Assembly (NCBI GenBank): GCA_013816255.1
Contig: JACDET010000001.1
Coordinates: 67,968-131,967, forward strand
DNA from: Candidatus Levyibacteriota bacterium
GTDB lineage: Bacteria; Patescibacteriota; Microgenomatia; Levybacterales; UBA12049
Reading direction: 5' to 3'
DNA length: 64,000 nucleotides
Each line of letters begins with the position of its first letter. The first letter of the stretch is position 1. A program made the translations under genes and the position numbers. Positions 56,816 to 64,000 of the stretch are shown one piece after another. The notes beneath the pieces are model-generated. The model searched no databases. It was not told the origin of the DNA and saw only the letters and a list, made by a program, of their open reading frames with translations.

Positions 56816-59095
56816 TTATTTGTGCTTAAGCCTCTTCCTCGGTAGTTTAAAGCAAAAGGTGGAACCTTTCCCTATAATGCTCTCAACCCAAATTTTTCCT
56901 CCTTGGCGTTTGATGATTTCACTAGAAATATAAAGGCCCAATCCGAGACCTGGAAAGGTATGCTGCTTTTCCCCGCTAACTCTAAAAAATTGTTCAAATA
57001 CTCTGTCTTGTTTGTCTTTTGGTATCCCTACTCCAAAGTCCTGTACGCAAAGAGTTATATAGTCTTTATCTACTTCAGTTTTCACAATTATCTTTTTACT
57101 ATGCGGAGAGTACTTAATCGCGTTGGAGATTAAATTTGTAATTACTTGCCCTGTGCGCTCTCTATCTCCATGCATCGTTGTTGATTGAGATAATTCCATA
57201 ATCAGGTTATGCCTATCGGTCGTTAACTGAAGTTCATTAATCACTTCATTGGCAAGCTCATTAAAATCAAAATTTTCATCTTGCATAACAAGTCGTCCAG
57301 AATGTATCTTCGTTACATTAAGCAAATCCGCAATAAGTGTTGTCAATTTATTAATTTGTGCGTCCATTTTGGAAAGTTGCGATACAGCTTTTGTATTACC
57401 TTCGCGCTCAAATAATCGTTGCAATACTTGTCCGTAAGCCTTAATGCTGGTGACGGGAGTTTTTAACTCGTGGGACGCGATTGCCAAAAACTCATCTTTC
57501 TGTTCTTCTAATTCTTTTTGTTCTGTAATATCAGTATTTGCACCAAACCACCGCACTACTTCACCCACTTCATTTTTTATTGGATTAACCCGCGTTAAAA
57601 AAGGACGGAATTTGCCGTCTGCTCCTTTAATAGGAAATACCATATTAAAGGGCGAGCCATGTTCTATTGAACTTTTCCATTGCTTTAAAACACGAGGCAA
57701 TGCGTCAGGGTGATGCACTGATTTCCACCCCCAACCTTCCATACCCTTTGGAGTAGTACCGGTATATTCGTACCATTTACTGTTGTACCAAAAAATATAT
57801 CCATCGGCATTTGCCATCCATGTAAGGTTTGGAATATTATCGGCTAGGTCTCTAAATCGTTTCTCTGTCTCCTCAATTTTCTTTCGTGCTTCAACCTGAG
57901 GAGTCACATCGATTGCATGCGTCATGATGCCATCTATATTTCCACGAGCATCATGCGTTGCTTGGTACACAAAGTTAAAATAAACGTCTTCTGCAATTCC
58001 ATCACCATTGATATCTAATTTTATTTGTACTTCTTTACCTAAAAATGATTCTCCTGTTGTATATACATGCTTTAAAACGTCTACTATTGGTTGGCCTTTA
58101 AGCTCAGGCAAACCTTCTAGCAATTTTTTCCCTATAATATCCTTTGTTTTTCCAACGGATTTCAAATAAAGCGGATTTGCTAATTCAAATACAAAGTCGG
58201 ATCCTTTTATTACACCTATCATGGCCGGAGCCTGCATAAAGAGGGTATATATTCTGTGACGCTCGTTGCGTAACGCTTCTACTGCTTCTTTTCGGCTTGT
58301 AATATCTTCTTGTACACAAACCCAGTGCTTTTTACCGTCTATTTCAATTGCAGTAATACGGGAAGTAGTAACAAAGTGGGTACCATCTTTCTTTTTATTG
58401 TTCCATTCGCCAGACCAATACCCTTTTTTATTGAGTTGTTTTATTACGTCGTTTACTATTCGCTTATTCTCCTCGAGTGCGTAGGCATTTTGGATTGAGA
58501 CATGTTTACCGATAAGCTCACCTCGTTTATAACCAAACATCGCATCTTCTGACGCATTGGTATAGACAATTATTCCATTCTCATCAGATATGCTTACTCC
58601 CTCGATCATGCTTTCTAAGACTTTATAATGCACTTTCAAATCGTCTTCGCTCTTTTTTTTATCAGAGATATCTTCATGTTGGAGAATAACCTTTAAGACT
58701 TTACCGTTAGTATCTTTGATTGCGTAGATAATGCTTTGTGTCCAGCGATACTCTATTTTACTGACATCTTTAATTGTTTTATTAGGTTCATACCTGACAG
58801 GAGAGAGGTGAACAGTTTGACCTTTAAATGCTTTTTTGATCAGAGGCATGATCTTTTTGGCAACAAGCTGTTTATCTTTTAGGATGTTATATCCTTGAAT
58901 ATTTTTAAGTTTTACTCCCCATAATTTTTCCCATGCCTTATTTGCTTTAATAAGCGTCCCATCTGGAGAAAATATCTGGGTGCTCACCGGGGATTGGTCA
59001 AAAATGATTTGAAAAGTGTCGTCCTGAATATTCTTTATTTCAGTTTTGCTATCATTTAGCCTGACATTGTGGTTATTTTCGAGCTTCCTCTTCAT
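56816..59095 (-). CDS. Multi-PAS sensor histidine kinase
   Basis: At least 3 PAS/PAC modules, then H-box [15 protein letters not shown] and an HATPase domain. The preferred start is MKRKLENN at 59095; the track ORF extends to 59203. Confidence 0.85.
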   Translation of the reverse strand: MKRKLENNHNVRLNDSKTEIKNIQDDTFQIIFDQSPVSTQIFSPDGTLIKANKAWEKLWGVKLKNIQGYNILKDKQLVAKKIMPLIKKAFKGQTVHLSPVRYEPNKTIKDVSKIEYRWTQSIIYAIKDTNGKVLKVILQHEDISDKKKSEDDLKVHYKVLESMIEGVSISDENGIIVYTNASEDAMFGYKRGELIGKHVSIQNAYALEENKRIVNDVIKQLNKKGYWSGEWNNKKKDGTHFVTTSRITAIEIDGKKHWVCVQEDITSRKEAVEALRNERHRIYTLFMQAPAMIGVIKGSDFVFELANPLYLKSVGKTKDIIGKKLLEGLPELKGQPIVDVLKHVYTTGESFLGKEVQIKLDINGDGIAEDVYFNFVYQATHDARGNIDGIMTHAIDVTPQVEARKKIEETEKRFRDLADNIPNLTWMANADGYIFWYNSKWYEYTGTTPKGMEGWGWKSVHHPDALPRVLKQWKSSIEHGSPFNMVFPIKGADGKFRPFLTRVNPIKNEVGEVVRWFGANTDITEQKELEEQKDEFLAIASHELKTPVTSIKAYGQVLQRLFEREGNTKAVSQLSKMDAQINKLTTLIADLLNVTKIHSGRLVMQDENFDFNELANEVINELQLTTDRHNLIMELSQSTTMHGDRERTGQVITNLISNAIKYSPHSKKIIVKTEVDKDYITLCVQDFGVGIPKDKQDRVFEQFFRVSGEKQHTFPGLGLGLYISSEIIKRQGGKIWVESIIGKGSTFCFKLPRKRLKHK

Positions 59096-59147
59096 ATAAA
59101 TATGAAAATAACTATACCAAATCGTTATAAATAAAACAATAAAGCGG

Positions 59148-60503
59148 TCATTTTTCCTTAATTGGCAAAGAAAAGCAGAATATTGAACCTTTGCCTTGCT
59201 CACTCTCTACCCATATTTTTCCACCTTGTCGCTTTATTATTTCAGAACTAATGTAAAGACCAAGTCCCATGCCAGGATATGTCTCAATTGATTTATCTTC
59301 TGCCCGATAAAAACGCTCAAATACCTTTTCCTGTTTATCTTTAGGTATTCCGATACCGAAGTCTTGTACACAGGCTATGACAGTATTTTTCGTTGCCTTG
59401 GTGGTTACAATGATTTTGTCTGAACGTGGGGAATACTTAATTGCATTGGAAATGAGATTTATTAATACTTGCCCGATGCGGTCCCGATCACCGTAAATTG
59501 TTTTGCTTTGTGCGAGTTTTTTAACAATTGTGTGTTTCTCAGTTATGAGCTGCGTTTGCTCAATAATTTCTCCTACTACCTCATTAAAATCAAACCATTC
59601 TTCATGGAGCTTTAAGTTTCCTGCCTCAATTTTTGTTACATCAAGTAAGTCGCCTATAAGAACACTGAGCTTATCTAACTGTGTATCCATTTTCATAAGC
59701 ATGGTTGCAGATTTTTCGTCCCCTGCTTTAGCAAATCTACTCTGCAACACTTGGGTATACGCTTTGACACTCGTAACAGGTGTTTTCAATTCATGGCTCG
59801 CAATACCGATAAACTCATCTTTTTGCTGTTCAAGCTTTTTCCGCTCTGCCAGTTCACGCTCTATTTGCAAGTTATAGTGATTATGGTAAGTAAAGGCTAT
59901 TTTTGAAGCAACCACGTCGACATAGGTTCCAGTAATATAACTAAATTCATAAAAGCTCTCAGTTGTCATACTTTTAAGAAGATTTTCACTATGAAGTTTT
60001 TTCCATATTGCTTGCTTAAGAAAAATAATACCATCGACTGCTTCCTCAATAGTCAGCTCATCTTTGACTGATTGTTTTGCAAGGTGTTCAGCTAGGATGT
60101 GAAACATCTCTGTCCCCTCGTCTATCGGTTTATCTAAGTAGTTAGCAAGCCTTATGACAATTTTGATATGGTAATCTTGGTACTTATTGATATATTCACT
60201 CCGGTAATTTTCTTTACCTAAATGCAGCTTGTGTTCAAGCGTTGCAGATTTTTGTATCTCGTCTGCATTTTCTTTGAGAAACTTTTTAATTCTTGAAAAA
60301 CGGGAGGTACTTATGGTGGAGGTTTTATTAAGAAGACTGAGAATGTCTGTTTTCTGATAGCGCCTGTCTCCTCGTTTGCCAAACCTCATGGCGGTAATTG
60401 TTCCCCGCTTATCCCATTTCCGGAGGGTATTTGGATGACAATTGAGTATTTCGCAGGCTTCTCGAGTGGTGAGTAAAACTTCTTGATCTTCAGAGGATTT
60501 CAT
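59148..60503 (-). CDS. Cytoplasmic histidine kinase with an N-terminal excisionase/MerR-type HTH domain
   Basis: LLTTREACEILNCHPNTLRKWDKRG (HTH_17-like), then H-box [15 protein letters not shown] and an HATPase. No TM. Confidence 0.8.
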   Translation of the reverse strand: MKSSEDQEVLLTTREACEILNCHPNTLRKWDKRGTITAMRFGKRGDRRYQKTDILSLLNKTSTISTSRFSRIKKFLKENADEIQKSATLEHKLHLGKENYRSEYINKYQDYHIKIVIRLANYLDKPIDEGTEMFHILAEHLAKQSVKDELTIEEAVDGIIFLKQAIWKKLHSENLLKSMTTESFYEFSYITGTYVDVVASKIAFTYHNHYNLQIERELAERKKLEQQKDEFIGIASHELKTPVTSVKAYTQVLQSRFAKAGDEKSATMLMKMDTQLDKLSVLIGDLLDVTKIEAGNLKLHEEWFDFNEVVGEIIEQTQLITEKHTIVKKLAQSKTIYGDRDRIGQVLINLISNAIKYSPRSDKIIVTTKATKNTVIACVQDFGIGIPKDKQEKVFERFYRAEDKSIETYPGMGLGLYISSEIIKRQGGKIWVESEQGKGSIFCFSLPIKEK

Positions 60504-60609
60504 ATCACATAACTATACACAAGTTACCATAAATTAACAATACCATAAAATTCATCATCAACTTTTCCAAAGCATCTTAAGCAAAGAAAGGCTTATACTG
60601 ATTTACTTA

Positions 60610-60685
60610 AGCTGGCGGACATAGATACTATTCGAACTTATTGGAAGACCTCACAAGAACAATTTTACATTCCAAATTATTTGTA
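60610..60685. repeat. Intergenic repeat, copy A (~76 bp, about 85% identical to the copy at 62604)
   Basis: AGCTGGCGGACATAGATACTATTCGAAC...AATTTTACATTCCAAATTATTTG. Confidence 0.55.
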
Positions 60686-60719
60686 ACGCTAGCACTGGTT
60701 GACTATGTCGAAACTTTTA

Positions 60720-61319
60720 TCAAACTAAATTAGACGTTTTGACGTCTCCTGCGCGCTTGTAGTATGCAAAAATGATGCCATTTTGGGAAATTTTAGAGTC
60801 GAAGAGCTTGAAGGAAGCAGGGATCGTACCTTTGTCAAACAACCGTTTTCCTGCCCCGATAGTAAGAGGGAATATTTTCAGCCAAAATTCATCAACCAAA
60901 TCATGCTCCATCAATGACTGAACTAGATTTGCACTTCCATAGACTTGGAGGTCTGGACCGTTCGAGTTTTTGAGCTTTTTTATGGCGGCGATATCTTTTA
61001 TCACGACAGTATTTTCCCAGGTGGGTTTTTGGAGGGTTTTTGAGACTACATATTTAGTGATTTTGTTTACTTGCGGCCATGACTCCGTATTTTTAGGCCA
61101 AAATCCCTCAAAGATATCATATGTTTTGCGTCCAAGGAGTAATCCAGCTGTCTCTTTCATTTGTTTCTCCATCTCCAAACCCGCAATCTCATCTTTCCCA
61201 AAGTATGGCCCCATCCAACCTCCATATTTGAAGCCTTCAGCTGCATCTTCTTTGGAGTCACCAGGTGCCTGGATAACGCCATCCATAGTAATAAATTCGA
61301 GGACAAGAATCTTTCTCAT
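60720..61319 (-). CDS. Dihydrofolate reductase-family protein (RibD C-terminal domain-like, YwjB-like)
   Basis: MRKILVLEFITMDGVIQAPG...GRKTYDIF...VYGSANL. Confidence 0.7.
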   Translation of the reverse strand: MRKILVLEFITMDGVIQAPGDSKEDAAEGFKYGGWMGPYFGKDEIAGLEMEKQMKETAGLLLGRKTYDIFEGFWPKNTESWPQVNKITKYVVSKTLQKPTWENTVVIKDIAAIKKLKNSNGPDLQVYGSANLVQSLMEHDLVDEFWLKIFPLTIGAGKRLFDKGTIPASFKLFDSKISQNGIIFAYYKRAGDVKTSNLV

Positions 61320-61729
61320 ATAAACCATTTTATCATAGTGAATGAGTGATGGATATAAAATCGTGATAATAGAACAACGTATTATGAAGCTACAGGTTCG
61401 AATCCGAGTTGGAAGTTTTTGCTGCGGGCACTAGACGACATTAGAACCTGTTTTATGAGTATTTGAGCTGGTTATATTGTAATTTACGAAACAGTTATGA
61501 AGGATGCTAGAGTTATGTATGAAGACGACTGCCAACATTCATTAACGATAAAATTTCAAAAGTCTAATGGTGATAGTTTTCACGCTTGCTTATTTTGTTG
61601 GGAAATATTTGTCGTTATTGAAGAAACCATAATAAACTAATATATTTTGTATTTTGAATTATCAGCAGATACCGGAAATTAAAAGTGATAATGGTAAAAG
61701 AGGAACAGTCTTGTAAAAGGATCTAAAAT

Positions 61730-62086
61730 TTATTGGATATATTTAGCTACCTTCGTCAATAAATCATTCATTTGAAACGGTTTTGTCAGGAAATCTTCTG
61801 CTCCTGCTTTCTTTGCTGACTCTGCAAGATCACGGGTAGCAGAAATCATAATAATCGGGATGCGTTTCGTCTGGTTCTGGCTTTTCAAATACCGACAAAT
61901 ATCCCTTCCATCTTCACCTGACATCCAAATATCTAAAAGGATTACATCCGGTAATTCTTTTTTTACCATCCGTACAGTTTCCCCATCAGTTGTTGTTTTG
62001 ACTTCATAGTCAGCCTCTTCTAACATGATTTGTAAACAATCGACAATAGCTGGATCATCATCCGCAACTAAGATTTTCTTCTTCAT
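61730..62086 (-). CDS. Response regulator, receiver domain only
   Basis: MKKKILVADDDPAIVD...LLDIWMSGEDGRDICRY...KPF. Confidence 0.85.
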   Translation of the reverse strand: MKKKILVADDDPAIVDCLQIMLEEADYEVKTTTDGETVRMVKKELPDVILLDIWMSGEDGRDICRYLKSQNQTKRIPIIMISATRDLAESAKKAGAEDFLTKPFQMNDLLTKVAKYIQ

Positions 62087-62141
62087 AAACAAAAAAATGG
62101 CGACATTATACTAATCAGTCATGAGTTTTTACTGTTACGCT

Positions 62142-62480
62142 CTAAACTGATATGGATTCGCCATTATATATAAGTGTACTCTGTATCGAGTAGTTGCAAG
62201 TAAGAGGGTCGTAAACAAATGGTAAGAGATATTTAAGAAGACACAATTTGTGAGTATATTTTGTGACAATTGAGAGTAAGTCATCCATCTGGAATGGTTT
62301 GGTAATAAAATCATCTGCACCACATTCCGTGGCTATTTCTTTGGTATCTTTATTGGCCGATATGATAATAATCGGTATGTGCTTGGTGAGTGCCTGAGTT
62401 TTTAGGTGCTTATAAATTGATCGTCAATCCATGCCAGACATCCATATATTCACCATTTACATCACCATCTCCGTTCATCC
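62142..62480 (-). pseudogene. Decayed receiver-only response regulator paralogue
   Basis: On the minus strand: an MNGDGDVNGEYMDVWHGLTINL* remnant with a stop at 62410-12. After a frameshift, the C-terminal half LKTQALTKHIPIIIISANKDTKEIATECGADDFITKPFQMDDLLSIV is intact. The N-terminal D-D-D region is missing. Confidence 0.55.
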
Positions 62481-62603
62481 ATACTTTTTCAGTAACAGCT
62501 TTATACACTCGACGAGGTTTATCTCCTTGAAACTGAGCTGCCCTGGTAGATTAGCACTATTTTTCAGTCCCTTCTTGGTGTTGAGGACAGGGGTGTAAAC
62601 GAC

Positions 62604-62679
62604 AGCTGGCGGACATAGACGCTATTCGAACATATTGGCAGACATCATCTGAGCAATTTTATATTCCAAGTTATTTATC
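62604..62679. repeat. Intergenic repeat, copy B
   Basis: AGCTGGCGGACATAGACGCTATTCGAAC...AATTTTATATTCCAAGTTATTTA. Confidence 0.55.
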
Positions 62680-62705
62680 TACATAACTCTTGCATAAATA
62701 TGCAT

Positions 62706-63824
62706 CTACCTTATTGGTAATGAGAACGAAAATGTTGAACCTTTACCTTCAATACTCTCAACCTTTATTTGCCCTCCGTACTGTTTGATTATCTGTGAGG
62801 CAATGTATAAGCCCAATCCATACCCTGACAGATTTTTTGTCTTTACGTTTTCGCTTCGGTAAAATCTATCAAAAACTCGCTTTTTCTGCTCCTTCGGGAT
62901 ACCCATACCAAAATCTTCCACACTGACAGTTACGCTCTTTTTATTCTCGGACAACCGCACAATAACCTTTTTGGCTTCGGGTGAGTACTTTATGGCGTTG
63001 GTAAGAAAGTTCGTCAAAACCTGTCCTATATGCTCTTTTATACCACTAACTTTATGAGAGGTTTTCCCTTCGACCACAATAATGTGAGTTGGTGCGGTAG
63101 CTTCTAACTCTCTTGCCGTGCCCTTTACTAAACTATCAAGGTTAAATTCTTCAGTCTGGTAATCTGCCATGCCAGATTGTATTTTGGAAACATTAAGTAA
63201 ATCGCGAATTAGGTTTTCCTGTTTGGTTATCTGCTCCTGTAATTTCGTGAGATGTGATAGACCTTTGGTTTCCTTAATTTGCTCAAGGTGTTTGTAGAGT
63301 ATCTCCGCATATGCCTTAATGCTTGTTAGGGGTGTTTTCAGCTCATGGCTTGCCATACTGATAAAATCATCTTTTTGCTGTTCGAGGTCTTTTCGTTCTG
63401 ATAAATCCCGTATTATTTTGGCAAACCCAAGTAAGTTTCCTGCCTTATCTCGTAGCGGTGTAGACATACCACTCGCCCAGAATTGGCTTTTATCTTTTCT
63501 TACAAGCCAGTTTTCATCCTCACCCGTACCTGTTTCAAGTGCTTGTTCTAACTCTAACTTTGGCTTATCCGCCTTTCTGTCTTCAAGGCTAAAAAGTTTT
63601 GAAAAGTGTTTGCCAACAATTTCTTTCTCCTTGTACCCCAAAAGGTTTTCTGCTCCAATATTCCACCCTATTACATATCCTTTTATATCAAGCATTATCA
63701 TGGCGTATTCTTTAACACCCTCTACAAATAAGCGGTATCCCTCGTCACCTCCCACGACTGAAACCTCACGAGCTTTTTTTGTGGTTGTTTTATTTGTAAA
63801 TGGAACTTTTACTTTTTTATCCAT
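62706..63824 (-). CDS. PAS sensor histidine kinase
   Basis: H-box [15 protein letters not shown] and an HATPase. The ATG at 63824 is preferred; the track uses the TTG at 63836. Confidence 0.85.
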   Translation of the reverse strand: MDKKVKVPFTNKTTTKKAREVSVVGGDEGYRLFVEGVKEYAMIMLDIKGYVIGWNIGAENLLGYKEKEIVGKHFSKLFSLEDRKADKPKLELEQALETGTGEDENWLVRKDKSQFWASGMSTPLRDKAGNLLGFAKIIRDLSERKDLEQQKDDFISMASHELKTPLTSIKAYAEILYKHLEQIKETKGLSHLTKLQEQITKQENLIRDLLNVSKIQSGMADYQTEEFNLDSLVKGTARELEATAPTHIIVVEGKTSHKVSGIKEHIGQVLTNFLTNAIKYSPEAKKVIVRLSENKKSVTVSVEDFGMGIPKEQKKRVFDRFYRSENVKTKNLSGYGLGLYIASQIIKQYGGQIKVESIEGKGSTFSFSLPIR

Positions 63825-64000
63825 ACTTTTTTTCAAGCATTATATTTTCCTGCTTCGTTTGTTTTCTTTTTAATGGCAAGGTGAAGAAAAATGTTGAACC
63901 TTTCCCTTTCTTGCTCTCTACCCAAATTTCCCCACCTTGTCGCTTAATGATTTCTGCCGAAATATATAGCCCCAGACCAAGTCCAGGGTAGGTGTCTTGC
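63817..64000 (-). CDS. Histidine kinase, C-terminal fragment (HATPase G2 box). The gene continues beyond the window.
   Basis: ...[41 protein letters not shown]... Its stop at 63817-19 overlaps the start of the next histidine kinase. Confidence 0.7.
   Translation of the reverse strand, partial: QDTYPGLGLGLYISAEIIKRQGGEIWVESKKGKGSTFFFTLPLKRKQTKQENIMLEKKYG

Noticed and set aside
61395-61420. tRNA T-loop-like 11-mer GGTTCGAATCC in the intergenic region upstream of the regulator gene at 61730
   Set aside because: Flanking bases cannot form a T-stem (only 2 bp) and no acceptor, D or anticodon arm can be drawn. It is probably a chance or relic fragment, not a tRNA gene or an intact att site.
1-64000. 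CRISPR arrays, rRNA/tRNA genes, transposases/integrases, phage structural genes
   Set aside because: No periodic direct repeats with spacers and no rRNA signatures. In the regions read, no intact tRNA cloverleaf. No DDE/serine/tyrosine recombinase motifs in any ORF. The accessory islet at 30-31.6 kb has no recombinase of its own.

Overview
This is a 64 kb, low-GC (~38-40%) bacterial window. It is gene-dense, with about 75 protein-coding genes, and most start codons are preceded by a strong GGAGGTGA-type ribosome-binding site. The gene content looks like a Gram-positive-type or Patescibacteria-like lineage. That placement is inference only.

Main blocks, in order:
- **1-14 kb: cell-envelope glycosylation locus.**
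  - One minus-strand operon encodes three polyprenyl-phosphate-sugar GT2 enzymes, a Wzx-like flippase and three polytopic GT-C/GT39-like membrane glycosyltransferases. This resembles the CsbB/YfhO-type three-component glycosylation systems.
  - Two more GT39-like genes and a secreted GH5 glycosidase follow.
- **16-22 kb: signalling, proteolysis and sorting genes.**
  - A PAS histidine kinase and a receiver-only response regulator.
  - Lon protease with a CIRCE-like inverted repeat in its promoter.
  - An operon encoding a small Thr-rich secreted peptide, a sortase and a receiver-only regulator.
- **22.8-24.7 kb: general-stress cluster.**
  - KGG-repeat protein, GlsB/YeaQ/YmgE protein, YtxH-like protein and a Crp/Fnr regulator.
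  - The intergenic regions carry structured RNA candidates, including an arrangement that sequesters the Shine-Dalgarno sequence of the yeaQ-like gene.
- **24.9-29.7 kb: a two-component pair and cell-wall enzymes.**
  - A histidine kinase with an OmpR-type regulator, convergently arranged.
  - A GH18 chitinase-like enzyme and a D-Ala-D-Ala carboxypeptidase.
- **29.7-31.6 kb: small accessory islet.**
  - An ANT(2'')-like nucleotidyltransferase gene with noticeably higher GC.
  - A vapBC toxin-antitoxin pair.
  - A 44-aa remnant of a carboxypeptidase paralogue at the islet boundary.
- **31.6-36.3 kb: regulated surface-protein genes.**
  - A histidine kinase with a receiver-only regulator.
  - Two tandem paralogous secreted proteins. 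The second has FN3-like repeats, a Pro/Thr-rich linker and a C-terminal transmembrane anchor.
  - Another receiver-only regulator.
- **37-41.3 kb: riboflavin cluster.**
  - A DHA2 MFS transporter.
  - A stand-alone riboflavin kinase.
  - A putative FMN riboswitch controlling a DMT (ImpX-like) transporter.
  - ribH and ribE.
- **41.3-56 kb: mixed functions.**
  - A stress protein, a GltS-type transporter and an HD (small alarmone hydrolase-like) protein.
  - A promoter and small membrane-peptide ORF translationally coupled to a processive GT2 synthase that ends in a LysM domain.
  - A frameshifted SemiSWEET-like gene.
  - A retropepsin-like protease with an overlapping small partner gene.
  - A class-II UvrA paralogue and an esterase.
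- **56-64 kb: expanded array of PAS-histidine-kinase / receiver-only-regulator cassettes.**
  - It includes a histidine kinase fused to an N-terminal excisionase-type HTH.
  - A decayed regulator pseudogene.
  - Two copies of a ~76-bp intergenic repeat.

I found no rRNA or CRISPR array, no intact tRNA in the regions I read (I did not scan every stretch), and no transposase or integrase. Of the eight response regulators, only one has a DNA-binding output domain.
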